NCBI GenBank assembly: GCA_963789955.1
Contig: CAWBMV010000022.1
Span: 192,001 to 256,000, forward strand
DNA length: 64,000 nt
Direction: 5' to 3'
Source of the DNA: an uncultured Candidatus Rokubacteria bacterium
GTDB lineage: Bacteria > Methylomirabilota > Methylomirabilia > Rokubacteriales > CSP1-6
Part shown: in pieces, positions 40,534 through 51,795 of the stretch
Layout of the letters: each line of letters opens with the position of its first letter
How positions within the stretch are numbered: the stretch's first letter is position 1
Program-made: the position numbers and the translations under genes
Notes under the pieces: generated by a model
Told to the model about the DNA's origin: nothing
Database searches by the model: none
Seen by the model: only the letters and a program-made list of their open reading frames with translations

Positions 40534-41523
40534 GTGATCGTCGACGTCCACGCGCACTACATCTCGCCGGGCGCCTTCGACACGGTTCGGCGCCGCCCGG
40601 ACACCTACGGCGTTCGCCTGTTGCCGGGCGAGGGGGTGCGCCTGCAGATCGGCGACGAGCCGCCGACCCGGCCGCTGCTCCCGGCTCTCTACACGCTCGA
40701 CCTGCACGCGAAGTTTTTCGCCGCGCAGGGCATCGACACCGCCGTGTTCGGTCCGCTGATGGACGTCGCGGGCTACTCGCTGCCGCCGGGACAGGGCGCG
40801 GCGTGGAGCCGGCTGCAGAACGAAGCGCTCGCCGCCGCCCTGCGCGAGGCGCCGGGCGCGCATCAGGGCCTGGCGACGGTCCCGCTGCAAGAGCCGGCGA
40901 CGGCCGCCGCGGAGCTCTCCTTCGCCGTGCGCGAGCTCGGCCTGCGCGGCGCGATGGTCGATCCCAACGCGCTCGGCCGGCCGGTCGGCGATGCCGCCTT
41001 CGATCCCTTCTGGAAGGCGGCCGCGGATCTCGCGGCGCCGGTCATCTTGCATCCATTCCTGCTCGAAGCGGTCGAGCGGTTCGGGCGCCACTACCTGCAC
41101 AATCTGGTCGGCTATCCGTTCGAGACGACCCTGGCCGCGGCGAGCCTGATTCTGGGCGGCACGCTCGACCGATTTCCCGAGCTCTCCGTGGTCCTCGTTC
41201 ACGGCGGCGGGTTTCTGCCGTATCACATCGGCCGCTTCGACCGCGCGCACGAGACGCGGCCCGAGGCGCGCGTGGACAACGCCGGCCTTCCCAGTCGCTA
41301 TCTCCGGCGCTTCCGCTACGACACGCTCGTCCAGCGGCCCGAGGCCTTGCGGTATCTCGTCCAGCTGGTCGGCCACGATCGCGTGATGCTCGGCAGCGAC
41401 CATCCGTTCTGGATGGGTGACCCCGATCCGCTGAAGGTCGTCCGCGAGGCCGGCCTCGATCCGGCGACCGAGACCGCGATCTTCGGCGGGAACGCGGCGC
41501 AGATCTTTCACCTGCGCCCATGA
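40534..41523 (+). CDS. Amidohydrolase_2 family protein (ACMSD-like decarboxylase/hydratase)
   Basis: DVHAH, LHP, HGGGFLP, GSDHPF. Confidence 0.88.
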   Translation: MIVDVHAHYISPGAFDTVRRRPDTYGVRLLPGEGVRLQIGDEPPTRPLLPALYTLDLHAKFFAAQGIDTAVFGPLMDVAGYSLPPGQGAAWSRLQNEALAAALREAPGAHQGLATVPLQEPATAAAELSFAVRELGLRGAMVDPNALGRPVGDAAFDPFWKAAADLAAPVILHPFLLEAVERFGRHYLHNLVGYPFETTLAAASLILGGTLDRFPELSVVLVHGGGFLPYHIGRFDRAHETRPEARVDNAGLPSRYLRRFRYDTLVQRPEALRYLVQLVGHDRVMLGSDHPFWMGDPDPLKVVREAGLDPATETAIFGGNAAQIFHLRP

Positions 41524-43878
41524 CCCCACCGGCGCGTCTCGAGAACGCGGCGGAGTATCGCGTGATCGGCACCCCGATGCGGCGCAAGGAGGATTTCCGC
41601 CTCCTGACGGGGCGCGGCAAGTACGCCGCCGACGTGCGCGTGCCGGGCCTGCTGCACGCGGCGGTCCTGCGCTCGCCGCACCCGCATGCGCGGATCGCGG
41701 GCGTGCGCACGCAGGCGGCGCGCGCACTCCCCGGCGTCTTCGCGGTGATCACCGCGGACGATCTCGGGACGGTCCCGCGCATCCCGGTGAGGCTTGGACA
41801 GCGCGCCGGGGTCGGCCCGACCGCGTGCCTGCAGCCTCCGCTCGCCACCGGGGTCGTCCGCTACGTCGGCGAGCCGATCGTCTTCGTGGTCGCCTCGAGC
41901 CGCTATCTCGCAGAGGACGCGCTCGAGCTGATCGAGATCGACTGGGAGCCGCTGCCCGTCGTCGCCGACGCGCGCCGCGCGAGCGATCCGGGCGTGCCGA
42001 TTCTTCATCCGGCGGCCGGCGGCAACGTCATCGAACGTCTGGTGACGCGCGCCGGTGACGCGTCGAGCGCGCTCGCGTCCGCCGAGCGGCGCATCACGGA
42101 GCGCTTCGCCATCCAGCGCCACACCGGCGTGCCGATGGAGACGCGCGGCCTCACCGCCGGCCACGACCCCGGGACGGGCGTGCTCACGCTCTGGGGCGTG
42201 GCGAAGGTGCCGCACTTCAACCGCCGGGTTCTCGCCGACCTGCTCGGCCATCCCGAGCACCTGATCCACTTCATCGAGCTCGAGGTGGGCGGCGGCTTCG
42301 GCGTACGCGGCGAGTTCTATCCCGAGGACTTCATGGTGCCGTGGACGGCGATGCGCCTGGGCCGTCCGGTGCAGTGGATCGAGGACCGCCGCGAGCACTT
42401 GATGGCGACCAACCACTCGCGCCAGCAGTATCACGACGTCGAGATCGGCGTCCGACGCGACGGCACGATCGTGGCCCTGCGCGACCGGTTCATGGTCGAC
42501 CTCGGCGGCGTACATCCGCACGCACGGCGTCGTCGTCCCCGAGCTCACGATCGCGCTGCTGCCGGGGCCTTACCGGATCCCGAACTACGAGTGCGAAGCG
42601 CTGTGCGTGATGACGAACAAGACGCCGACCGGCACCTACCGCGGGCCCGGGCGCTACGAGGGCACGTTCGTCCGCGAGCGCCTGATCGACTCGCGTGGCG
42701 GCCGAGCTCGGGCTCGATCCCGCCGACGTCCGGCGGCGCAACTTCATCGACGCCAGCGAGATGCCCTACGAGGTGGGCGGCGCGTCGCTGGGCCAGCGTA
42801 CCGTCTACGACTGCGGCGACTATCGATCGGCGTTCGAGCAGGCGCTGGCGGCGGCGGACTACCCGGCGATGCGCCGCGAGCAAGCGGAAGCGCGCGCGCG
42901 GGGCCGCTATCTCGGGATCGGCCTGGGCTGCGTCGCTCGAGAAGGCGGGGCTCGGCCCGTGGGAATACGCGCGCGTCGAGGTCGACGGCTCCGGCAAGGT
43001 GGTCGTCTACTCGGGCGTCGCCGCGGTCGGCCAGGGGATCGAGACGACATTGGCCCAGGTCGTCGCCGACGAGCTGGCCCTCGACGCCGAGCACGTCACC
43101 GTGGTCCACGGCGACAGCGCGCGCGTGCCGTTCGGCATCGGCGGCTTCGCGAGCCGCGGCGCGGCGGTCGCGCTCCCGGCCGCGCTCGAGGCCGCGCGCA
43201 AGGTCCGGGAGAAGATCTTCCGGGTGGCGGCCTCGCTGCTCGAAGCCCACGCCGGCGATCTCGTGCTCGATGCGCGGCAAGGTTCACGTGCGGGGGATGC
43301 CCGAGCGCTCGGTCACCTTGCGGCAGCTCGCCCGCGCGGCGGTGCCCGGTCCGCCGGGCATGGAGCCCGGACTCTACGCCGCGCACTTCTTCGAGGCGCC
43401 GAAGATGACGTACCCGTACGGGACGCACGTGGCCGTCGTCGAGGTCGATCCGGCGACCGGCCGCGTGACGGTGCGCAAGTACGTCGTGACCTACGACGTC
43501 GGCCGCGCGATCAATCCGATGATCGTCGACGGCCAGATCATGGGCGGGCTCGCGCAGGGCCTGGGCGGCGCGATCTTCGAGGAGCTCGTGTACGACGAGC
43601 AGGGACAGCCGCTCACGACGACGTTCATGGACTATCTGGTCCCGACGGCGATGGACATGCCGGAGCGCACCATCGTGAAGATTCTCGAAGAGACGCCCAC
43701 GCCGCTCAATCCGCTCGGCGTGAAGGGCGTCGGAGAAGGCGGGAGCTCCGGCGCCGGGGCGGCCATCGCCAACGCCGTGGCCGACGCGCTCGCGCCGCTC
43801 GGCGTCGCCATCACCGAGCTGCCGCTCTCACCCGACCGCCTCGCCCGCCTCGTGCGCGAGCGCGGTGCTCGCGCATGA
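41520..43878 (+). CDS. Xanthine dehydrogenase-family molybdopterin-binding subunit (several frameshifts)
   Basis: LRSPHPHARI, VGGGFG, TYRGPGR, GQGIET, INPMIVDGQ, KGVGE. Confidence 0.9.
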
Positions 43879-43917
43879 TTCGGATCGCACGCACTCGACA
43901 CTCCCAGGAGATCGTTC

Positions 43918-44228
43918 ATGGCTGATCGGACAGGCCCGTGGTTGGGCAGGACCCTCGCGGCGCTCGTGTTGACTTCGTGTGTGGCGGCGGGCGCCGACGT
44001 CGCCTTGGCTGCGGACACGATCAAGGTCGGCTTCATGGCGCCGATGACCGGAATCGCCAGGCCGGCAAGGACATGCTCGAGGGACTCAAGCTGGCCTTCG
44101 AGCAGATCGGGTATCGACCGCGGGCCGGGGGACACGTACCCGATGGTCTCGCAGTTCTGGACGTACAAGCCGACGAGTTCTTGAGGATGCCCGCGTACGG
44201 CCGCGGGTACCGACCGGCCAAGCCGTAA
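43918..44228 (+). pseudogene. Internally deleted branched-chain-type ABC substrate-binding protein
   Basis: Signal peptide plus IKVGFMAPMTG...GKDMLEGLKLA joined directly to a C-terminal DTYPMVSQFWTY...PAYGR segment. Confidence 0.65.
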
Positions 44229-44261
44229 GACGGGCCGCACGCGCACCCCGGCGCCCTGAGG

Positions 44262-46422
44262 TTATGGCTCGTCACCGGACTGCGCCGACAGGGCGAAGCA
44301 GAAGGTGGCGCCGCGATCCGAGTTGTTGGTGACCCACATGCGGCCGCCGTGCGCCGCCACGATCGAGCGGCAGATCGCAAGCCCCAGCCCCACCCCGTGC
44401 TCCTTGGTCGTGAAGAACGGCTCGAACACGCGCTCGATCTTGTCGGCTGGGATGCCGACGCCGCGGTCCGCGATCGACACCTGGACCGCGCCCGCCCCAT
44501 CGGGCCCAGTGATGACAGTCAGATGGCGGCTGGGCTGGCTCGTTCAGCTTCATGGCGTCGCACGCGTTGACGATCAGATTCAATAGCACCTGCTGCAATC
44601 CCACGCGGTCGCCACGCACCGCGGGCAGGCCGGGCGTCAGCTGGGCGGTGACGGTCACGCGATGAGCGATGAGCTCGCTGTGAGCCAAGCGGAGCACTTC
44701 GTTCGTCACCTCGTTCAGGTCGAGCGGATGGAGCTGGGTCTCGCCCTTCCTCAGGAGCGTGCGCCATCGGCGAATGACCGCGCCGGCGCGTCGGTCGTCG
44801 TCCACGATGTCCTTCAGGATGTCACGCACCTCCCCCAGATCGACGGGCTCACGGGCCAAGAACCGCTGCGCCGCCTGTGCGTTGCTCAAAATGGACGTCA
44901 ACGGCTGGCTCAACTCATGGGCGAGCGCACCGGATAGTTCGCCCAGCGTGGCCACGCGGGTCAGGTGTGTGAGCAGCTGTCGCTGTTGTTGAACCTCCAG
45001 CTCGGCCTGTTTGCGCTCGGTGATGTCGACCATCACGGACCGCAACTGGCGCCGACCATCGGCCCGGCCGGCCACGACCCGTATCATGTCGTGCACCCAC
45101 AGCACGCGGCCGTCGGCCGTCAGCATCCGGTATTGCATGACGTGGTCGTGGCCGTCGGCCGTCGCCTGTGTGCACAGCGCCACGGCCCAATCCCGATCGT
45201 CGGGGTGAACGTGATTGGCCCAGAAGTGTGGGTCGGCATACCACTCTTGCCGCGAATAGCCCAGGATGGCCTCCGCGCGGTGGTTGACGAAGGTGACTTG
45301 AAACGTCTCCGCATCGGCGTCGACGACGATCGCGTCGAGCGTGTCGACGAGGTCGCGGAAGTCCTGCGCCGACGTCTGGGCCTGTGTCCGAGCGGCCTGC
45401 TCGGCCCCAAAGAGGCGATGGTTGTGAATCGCGGCGGCGGCGTGGTCGGCGAGCCTCATCAGCACGACCTCGTCGTTGTCGCTGAACGACCGGGGTGTAC
45501 GACTGCAGACGTAGAGGAGTCCCTCGACATCCTGTCCGAGAACGATGGGGACGGCGAGAGCACTGCGGATGCCTTCGGCGTCGATCGCTTCGGCGTATTC
45601 TGGCGGCATCGGCGGCCACGCGACACGCTCGGGCGCACGCCCGAGCCGGCCACTGACCACGGCGTGACCCCCGATGCCCAGGCCCGGCACGACACGGAAG
45701 CGCCGATAGGCGTCGCTGCGTGCTCCGATGACGTGCCGGGCCGGGAAGGAGCCGTCGGCGTCGCGTACCGCCAGGCTCGTCACGTCGGCGGCGCAGAGAG
45801 CGTTGGCACCTCGCGCGATCCGGGCGAGGACCGTGTCGAGGTCGTGGCACTCCGCGAGGTCGCGCGCGACGTCGGCGACCGTCTGCGCCTCGCGGCGCCG
45901 GCGCTCGGCGTCGGCATAGAGCTGGGCGCTCTCGATCGCGATCGCGGCATGAGCGCCAAAGGCCGTCAGCATCTGGACCTCGGTGGCGCCGAGGTCCTCG
46001 GCGCGGCGCGCAACGAGCGCGAGGACGCCGACGAGCTGGCCGTGCGAGACGAGGGGAACCGCCGCGCAGGCAGCCATGCCCGCCGCGGCGAAGTAGGCGC
46101 GGTCGACCGTGCGCTGGTCGGCCAGGACGTCGGGTACCAGCAGGGTCCGTCGCTCCAGCGCGGCGTGACCGACGAGACCCTCGCCGAGGGCGAACTCCGT
46201 TCGGCCGGTCACGCGCGTCTGGTCCCGCACCCCGGCCCGCGCCCACGCCACCAGCCTCGAGCCCTCGAGGATCCAGAATGTCGCCAGCGAGTCGTTCACG
46301 AGACTGGTAGCCGACCGGACCACACGGCGGAGCACCTGGTCGAGGTCGGGCGATGCCGTGATGCTCTCAACGAGACGTAGGAGCAGGTCGAGCCGAGAAT
46401 CGAGGTTCCCGTTGTCAGTCAT
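44262..46422 (-). CDS. Cytoplasmic GAF-GAF-PAS histidine kinase (frameshift near 44540)
   Basis: LAHELSQPL, QQVLLNLIVNA, PFFTTK..GVGLGL; PAS VHPDD. Confidence 0.9.
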
Positions 46423-46633
46423 CGAGCCTCTCAACCGATGTGCTCGAGATCGCCCGAGTGGACCATTACGCCCTCCAGCGGTCAAGTCTCTTTTGAGCAC
46501 GTGGGGCTGGCCCCCTCCTGAGCCCGATCATCGCGAGCGCCGCGCTGAGCCTGAACCGGTGTCCGTCGATCGGCAATGCGCTGCGGCCACGCCGCGTTTC
46601 CATATAGGATCTAGGCGCGAAAGGGGCGACACG

Positions 46634-47071
46634 ATGGGCAAGCCGGCCCGGTTCCAGCTGAAGGTGCGTCACTACGAAGTGGACCAGTACGGCCACGTGA
46701 ACCATGCGCAGTACGTCCACTATCTCGAGGTGGCGCGCATCGAGGCGCTGGACGCGCTGGGGCTGTCTCTGGGCGAGATGCGGAAGCAGGGCTATTTGAT
46801 CCTCGCTGCCGACCTGACGGTGAAGTATCTGGCGCCGGCGCGATCGGGCGACACGCTCGAGATCGTGACGTATGTCCGCGAGATCCGCGGCGCGCGGTCG
46901 ATCTGGATCCAGGAGATCCGCGAGGCCGAGAGCCAGCGGATGCTCGTCACCGCGGAGGTCACCGGCGCATTCGCGACCGAGGACGGCCGGCCGGCGCGGA
47001 CGCCGGGGAGCTTTCGCGAGAAGCTCTCGCCGCTGTGCGTGCCCGACGCCGCCGACGCTCAATCCATCTGA
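46634..47071 (+). CDS. Acyl-CoA thioesterase (4HBT/YbgC-like)
   Basis: VDQYGHVNHAQYVHYLE. Confidence 0.9.
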   Translation: MGKPARFQLKVRHYEVDQYGHVNHAQYVHYLEVARIEALDALGLSLGEMRKQGYLILAADLTVKYLAPARSGDTLEIVTYVREIRGARSIWIQEIREAESQRMLVTAEVTGAFATEDGRPARTPGSFREKLSPLCVPDAADAQSI

Positions 47072-47256
47072 CCGGCGCGCTGGACGATCTTCACGCCGCC
47101 GCGGCCCGCACGATGAACTTGTCATCGCGATCGAGATTCAGGAAGCTGTCGATCTCCGGCGTCTGGTGCAGGAGCGTGTCGTCGAAATCTTCGGCGACGC
47201 GAATGTCGTCGGCGTCGCACGGTCCACGCGCGCATGGCAACCCCGAGGTGTAGAGG

Positions 47257-48048
47257 ATGAAGACCGACCTGCTATTGATTCCGATGAGCGCACGATACCG
47301 CGACATGCGCGCCGCCGCCATCGCGGCCGAGGAAGCCGGGTTCGACGGGCTCTGGACCTGGGACCACCTGCGCGATCCGGACGGCGAGAGCGGTCCCGGC
47401 GTGCCGGAGGCGTGGACGACCTTGACCGCGCTGGCCGAAGCTACCCGGCGGATCGCGCTTGGGCCGCTCGTGCTGAACGTGGCGAATCGCCATCCTGGCC
47501 TTCTGGCCAACATGGCGGCCACGCTCCAGGCCGTCTCAGGCGGCCGGCTGCTGCTCGGTATCGGCGCGGGGGGCAGTCAGCGGACGCCCTACGCGGCCGA
47601 GCAACGGGCGATCGGGCAATCGGTCGAGCGCGATGAGGAGCGCGCCCGGAAAGTCGTCGAGGCGATCGAGCTCATGCGCCGGCTCTGGTCGGGTCACGCC
47701 GGGTTTCTGAGACCGGAGCCGCCGCCGCCGATCATCGTGGGCGGCTTCGGACCGCGGATGGCCGGTATCGCGGGCCGCCACGCCGACGGGTTCAACACCC
47801 AGGCGATGCACCCCAAGCTCGCGGAGCTCGCCCGCGTCGCCCGCGAGGAACACGGGAAGTCGGGCCGAAACGGCGCCACGTTCATCTTGACCGTCTTCGC
47901 CGGCCTTGATGATCGCTGGCTCCGCGCGGATTCCCGCGGCCGACAGATGCTCGAGGGGGCGGGTGTCGATCGGCTGATCCTGCTGCAGGAGCCCCCGTTC
48001 GACCCGGACGAAATTCGCGCGGCCGGTCGCGTCCTGGCCGCGCCGTAA
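47257..48048 (+). CDS. LLM-class flavin-dependent oxidoreductase
   Basis: LWTWDH, EAWTTLTALA, RHPGLLANMAATL. Confidence 0.88.
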   Translation: MKTDLLLIPMSARYRDMRAAAIAAEEAGFDGLWTWDHLRDPDGESGPGVPEAWTTLTALAEATRRIALGPLVLNVANRHPGLLANMAATLQAVSGGRLLLGIGAGGSQRTPYAAEQRAIGQSVERDEERARKVVEAIELMRRLWSGHAGFLRPEPPPPIIVGGFGPRMAGIAGRHADGFNTQAMHPKLAELARVAREEHGKSGRNGATFILTVFAGLDDRWLRADSRGRQMLEGAGVDRLILLQEPPFDPDEIRAAGRVLAAP

Positions 48049-48072
48049 GATCCCCGCCGCGCCAGCGGGACG

Positions 48073-49011
48073 TCAGCGCGCGGCCGACGGCCGGTTGCGC
48101 TTGACGGCGTCCGGATGAGTCGAATCGGCGCCCATGTAGATCCCTTTGTCCCACGTGCGCTTCAGCGGATCTCGCACGTCGAGCCGCATGCGCCCGATTC
48201 CGTGGATCTCGAAATCGACGACCTCGCCGTTTTGCAGTGGGCCCAGCCCCTCGTGATTCGTGCCGCACGCGATGAGATCACCCGAGTTGAGCGTCATGAT
48301 CGTCGTCGCGAACTCGACGAGCTCGGGCACCAGGTGCTCCATGTCGTCGGTGTTGTAGTTGTGACGGAGCTGGCCGTCGACCCAGAACTGCACGTGAACG
48401 TCGTTGGGGTTCGGGATCTCGTCGAGCGTCGCGATGCACGGCCCGATCGGGGCGAACGTGTCGAACGACTTACCGAGCCAGCTTCCGGTCTTCCACGTCC
48501 GGCGCCCCTCACCGCGCGCCGACACGTCGATCATGCCGGTGTAGCCGAAGACGGCGTTGCGCCAGTTGTCGCGCGTGACCGACTTGGCCGGCCCCTTGAT
48601 GACCAGCGCCAGCTCGGCCTCGTGCATGAAGATCCACGGCTCGGTGAACTCCGGCAGGACGATCGTGTCCCCCGGGCCGATCACCGCGTCCGCGCTCTTC
48701 AGGAACATGTTGAGCGGCCGGGCCTCGAGCGCGCCATGCTCCCAGTAGTTGGCGATGCACGCCAGGATCTTGCCCGGTCGCGGCAGCGGCGCGCGCAGCC
48801 GGACCTCGCCGGCCAGCAGCGCCTTGCCGTCGCGGGCCAGCCGCTCGAGCGCCGGCCGCAGCCGGTCGAAGTCGTCGATGATGCCCGTCATCGTCGCGGT
48901 GGGGGTGGCGCCCGCGGGGACCGCGTCGGCGAGGCTCACCACGCCCCGGTCGGTGAAGAGGCCCGGCAGGAGCTCCGGCTTTCCGGCGATCTGAAACGTG
49001 ACCAGCTTCAC
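48073..49011 (-). CDS. Fumarylacetoacetate hydrolase family protein
   Basis: HEAELALVI, DVSAR, GKSFDTFAPIGP, GDLIACGT. Confidence 0.9.
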   Translation of the reverse strand: MKLVTFQIAGKPELLPGLFTDRGVVSLADAVPAGATPTATMTGIIDDFDRLRPALERLARDGKALLAGEVRLRAPLPRPGKILACIANYWEHGALEARPLNMFLKSADAVIGPGDTIVLPEFTEPWIFMHEAELALVIKGPAKSVTRDNWRNAVFGYTGMIDVSARGEGRRTWKTGSWLGKSFDTFAPIGPCIATLDEIPNPNDVHVQFWVDGQLRHNYNTDDMEHLVPELVEFATTIMTLNSGDLIACGTNHEGLGPLQNGEVVDFEIHGIGRMRLDVRDPLKRTWDKGIYMGADSTHPDAVKRNRPSAAR

Positions 49012-49178
49012 GGTGTCCTCCTCGTTCTCCAGTGAGAGATGATCGGCGGCCGTCCTGCGCGAGGACATAGCGCCGCGCCACCGCCGGTGTCAAGCGCCGG
49101 CTCCTGTGGGACAATGCCAGACGATTCGACACACAGACCTGAGCGCGCCACGCGCGCGCCGGCGTGATGAGGTGAGAC

Positions 49179-49676
49179 ATGCCTGAGATCAGCGGGTTGG
49201 GTCACGTGGGCCTGTTCTGCAACGACCTACCGAAGATGCGGGACTTCTACGCCCGCGTGCTCGGTTTGACGATCAGCGACGAGGACGTGGTTCGCGGCAT
49301 CTGCTTCCTGAGCGCGACGCCGGAGACAGAGCACCACGAGCTCGCGCTGGTGCAGGCGCGCGAGCCCGGGCAGAAGACGCACAACGTCCAGCAAGTATCG
49401 TTCAAGGTGAAGAGCCTGGACGACGTGCGCTCGTTCTACCACCGGCTGAAACAGGAAGGCATGAAGATCGACCGCACGGTCACCCACGGGATCGCCTGCA
49501 GCGTCTACTTCTTCGATCCCGAGGACAACCGGGTCGAGCTCTACTACACGACCCCGTACCAGGTGCGCCAGCCGTTCGGCGAGCCCATCGATCTGGACGA
49601 GCCCGACGCCAAGCTCCTGGCCTTCGCGCAGTCGTTCGAGGAGGTCAAGGGCCCGCCGCGCGGCGCACAGCGGTAG
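49179..49676 (+). CDS. VOC/glyoxalase family protein
   Basis: GHVGL, HHELAL, HG...SVYFFDPEDNRVEL. Confidence 0.88.
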   Translation: MPEISGLGHVGLFCNDLPKMRDFYARVLGLTISDEDVVRGICFLSATPETEHHELALVQAREPGQKTHNVQQVSFKVKSLDDVRSFYHRLKQEGMKIDRTVTHGIACSVYFFDPEDNRVELYYTTPYQVRQPFGEPIDLDEPDAKLLAFAQSFEEVKGPPRGAQR

Positions 49677-49705
49677 CCTGTCCCAAACGCCTCGAGTAGC
49701 CGAGC

Positions 49706-49945
49706 TCACCAGACGAACGGGATGAGGCGATAGTGCACGCGGCGGCGATAGTCGTCGTCGCCGGCCAGCTCTCGTGCCGGCAGCTCCTCCTCGTCGAGGA
49801 TTTGTCGACGATCAGCAGCGCGAGCACTGCCCTGACCGCCAGCGCCGAGGCCGAGCGGTCAGGCGACGAACCATGAGGACCGCGGCGAGATACATGGGGT
49901 GCCTCACGATGCCGTACACGCCGGTCGAGACGACACGATGAGCGA
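49706..49945 (-). pseudogene. C-terminal remnant of an isoprenylcysteine carboxylmethyltransferase-family gene
   Basis: Manual translation HRVVSTGVYGIVRHPMY...EEE...YRRRVHYRLIPFVW*; no 5' half. Confidence 0.7.
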
Positions 49946-50066
49946 GCCAGCAGCGGCCTCGTCCAGAGGATTTCACGAAACAATCGGACGGGGGAGCGCG
50001 GCTTGAAACGGCCGCGGCGACCCGTGTACTCTCCGGTCACCCCGTCACGGTAGAGGAGACTCGCCC

Positions 50067-51245
50067 ATGTACGACTTGCTCCTGAAGGGCGGCAACGTCA
50101 TCGACCCGTCGCAGGACCTGCGCGGCACTCTCGATGTCGCGGTAGAGGACGGCAAGATCGCCAGAGTCGCCGCGAACATCCCGGCGGCGGAGGCTCGACG
50201 GGTCGTCGACGTTCCGGGCAAGACCGTGACACCCGGCCTCATCGACCTCCACACGCACGTCTTCGACGGGGTGGCCGCCAACGGCGTCCATCCCGACATC
50301 GCCGGCGTACACGCCGGCGTCACGACGGTCGTCGACGCGGGGAGCTCGGGCTGCGCGACCTTCGGCGCGTTTCCGCGTCACATCCTGCCGAAGTGCGAGA
50401 CCGAGGTCATTCCCTTGCTGCACATCTGCCAGACCGGGCTCGCCACGAACCCCGACATCATCGCCGAGAGCTCCATCGATCTCGAGAGCACGCTCCGGGT
50501 CGCGCGGGAGCACCGAGGCCTGATCAAGGGGATCAAGGCGCGCATGGTCTCGCCCGCGCTCGAGATCTTCGGGATGGAGATGCCGCGCCTGGCCAAGCGT
50601 GCCGCGCGCGAGAGCGGCGTCCCGCTCATGGTGCACATCGGCGACACGACCAAGCGCTACGACCCGAACGTGATTCGCGAGCTGCTCCCGCTGCTCGAGC
50701 CCGGCGACATCGTGACGCATCTCTTCACCGCGAATCCCGGCGGGGTTCTCGACACCAACGGCCGGCTCGTGCCCGAAGCCAAGGAGCTCGCGGCCCGCGG
50801 CGTGTGGCTCGACACGGCTCACGGCCGCATGAACTTCGGCTTCACCGTCGGCCGCCGCGTCCTCGACCAGGGGTTGACGCCACACTGCATCAGCACGGAC
50901 CTGACGATCCCCGGACGCGCCAACACCGTGCACAGCATGGTCGAGATCATGGCACGCTTCCTCGGGATGGGCTTCACGCTCGAGCAGGTGGTCGCCATGT
51001 CCACCGTCAATCCCGCGCGCGCGATCGGCGAGGCCAGCCGACTCGGTAGCCTCGCCGTGGGGCGCCAGGCCGACATCTCGGTGCTGGAGGTCCGCGACGG
51101 GCGCTGGGTGGTCTACGACACGTTGCGAGACTCGATGAAGATCGACAAGACCGTCGTGCCCGTGCTGACGGTGAAGCGCGGCCGCGTGTTCGAGCCGGAG
51201 TGGGGTCCGCATCCCTGGGGCTGGGAGCCGGAGCGAGTCGGCTAG
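50067..51245 (+). CDS. Amidohydrolase/deacetylase-family metallohydrolase (dihydroorotase-like)
   Basis: PGLIDLHTH, VDAGS, GIKAR, MVHIG, DTAHG, ISTD. Confidence 0.88.
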   Translation: MYDLLLKGGNVIDPSQDLRGTLDVAVEDGKIARVAANIPAAEARRVVDVPGKTVTPGLIDLHTHVFDGVAANGVHPDIAGVHAGVTTVVDAGSSGCATFGAFPRHILPKCETEVIPLLHICQTGLATNPDIIAESSIDLESTLRVAREHRGLIKGIKARMVSPALEIFGMEMPRLAKRAARESGVPLMVHIGDTTKRYDPNVIRELLPLLEPGDIVTHLFTANPGGVLDTNGRLVPEAKELAARGVWLDTAHGRMNFGFTVGRRVLDQGLTPHCISTDLTIPGRANTVHSMVEIMARFLGMGFTLEQVVAMSTVNPARAIGEASRLGSLAVGRQADISVLEVRDGRWVVYDTLRDSMKIDKTVVPVLTVKRGRVFEPEWGPHPWGWEPERVG

Positions 51246-51247
51246 CG

Positions 51248-51367
51248 ATGCAGTTCGGTCTGATGCTCCGGGTGCAGTTCCCGGACGGCGACGACCTGTC
51301 GGCGCGGCTCGCCGATCAGCTGCACACGCTGGCCGAAGACGTGTTTCCGAAGGTGCGGCGGGGCTGA
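51248..51367 (+). pseudogene. 39-aa LLM oxidoreductase remnant (N- and C-termini fused)
   Basis: MQFGLMLRVQFPDGDDLSARLA-DQLHTLAEDVFPKVRRG*. Confidence 0.65.
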
Positions 51368-51388
51368 CCGCCGCGCAGGGAGAGCATC

Positions 51389-51772
51389 ATGCCCAAGAAA
51401 GAGATCGTGCAGGTGAGTCCGGCGGCGCCGAACCCCAACCTATCGGCGGCCACCAAGTTCGGCAACCTCGTCTTCGTCTCCGGGCAGACCGGGCGGCATC
51501 CGGTCACCGGCGAAGTCGGCAAGGACATTCGTGAGCAGACCCGCAACGTGCTCGAGCGGATCAAGACGATCCTGGCGGCGGCCGGCACGTCGCTCGACAA
51601 CGTGCTGACCGTGACGACGCACCTGACCAAGCGCGAGGATGTCGCGGCCTACAACGAGGAGTACGCGAAGTACTTTCCGACCAACAAGCCCGCGCGCACG
51701 ACGGTGTCGGCGGCGCTGAACTCGCCCGAGCTCCTGGTCGAGATCACGGTCACGGCCTGCATCCCGAGCTGA
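51389..51772 (+). CDS. RidA family protein
   Basis: VFVSGQ, EQTRNVL, PARTTV, LVEI. Confidence 0.9.
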   Translation: MPKKEIVQVSPAAPNPNLSAATKFGNLVFVSGQTGRHPVTGEVGKDIREQTRNVLERIKTILAAAGTSLDNVLTVTTHLTKREDVAAYNEEYAKYFPTNKPARTTVSAALNSPELLVEITVTACIPS

Positions 51773-51795
51773 GCCCGGTCAGCGGCCGACGCGAG

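Noticed and set aside
41520..43878. Aerobic CO dehydrogenase coxL
   Set aside because: The active-site loop is TYRGPGR rather than AYxCSFR, and no coxS/coxM is present
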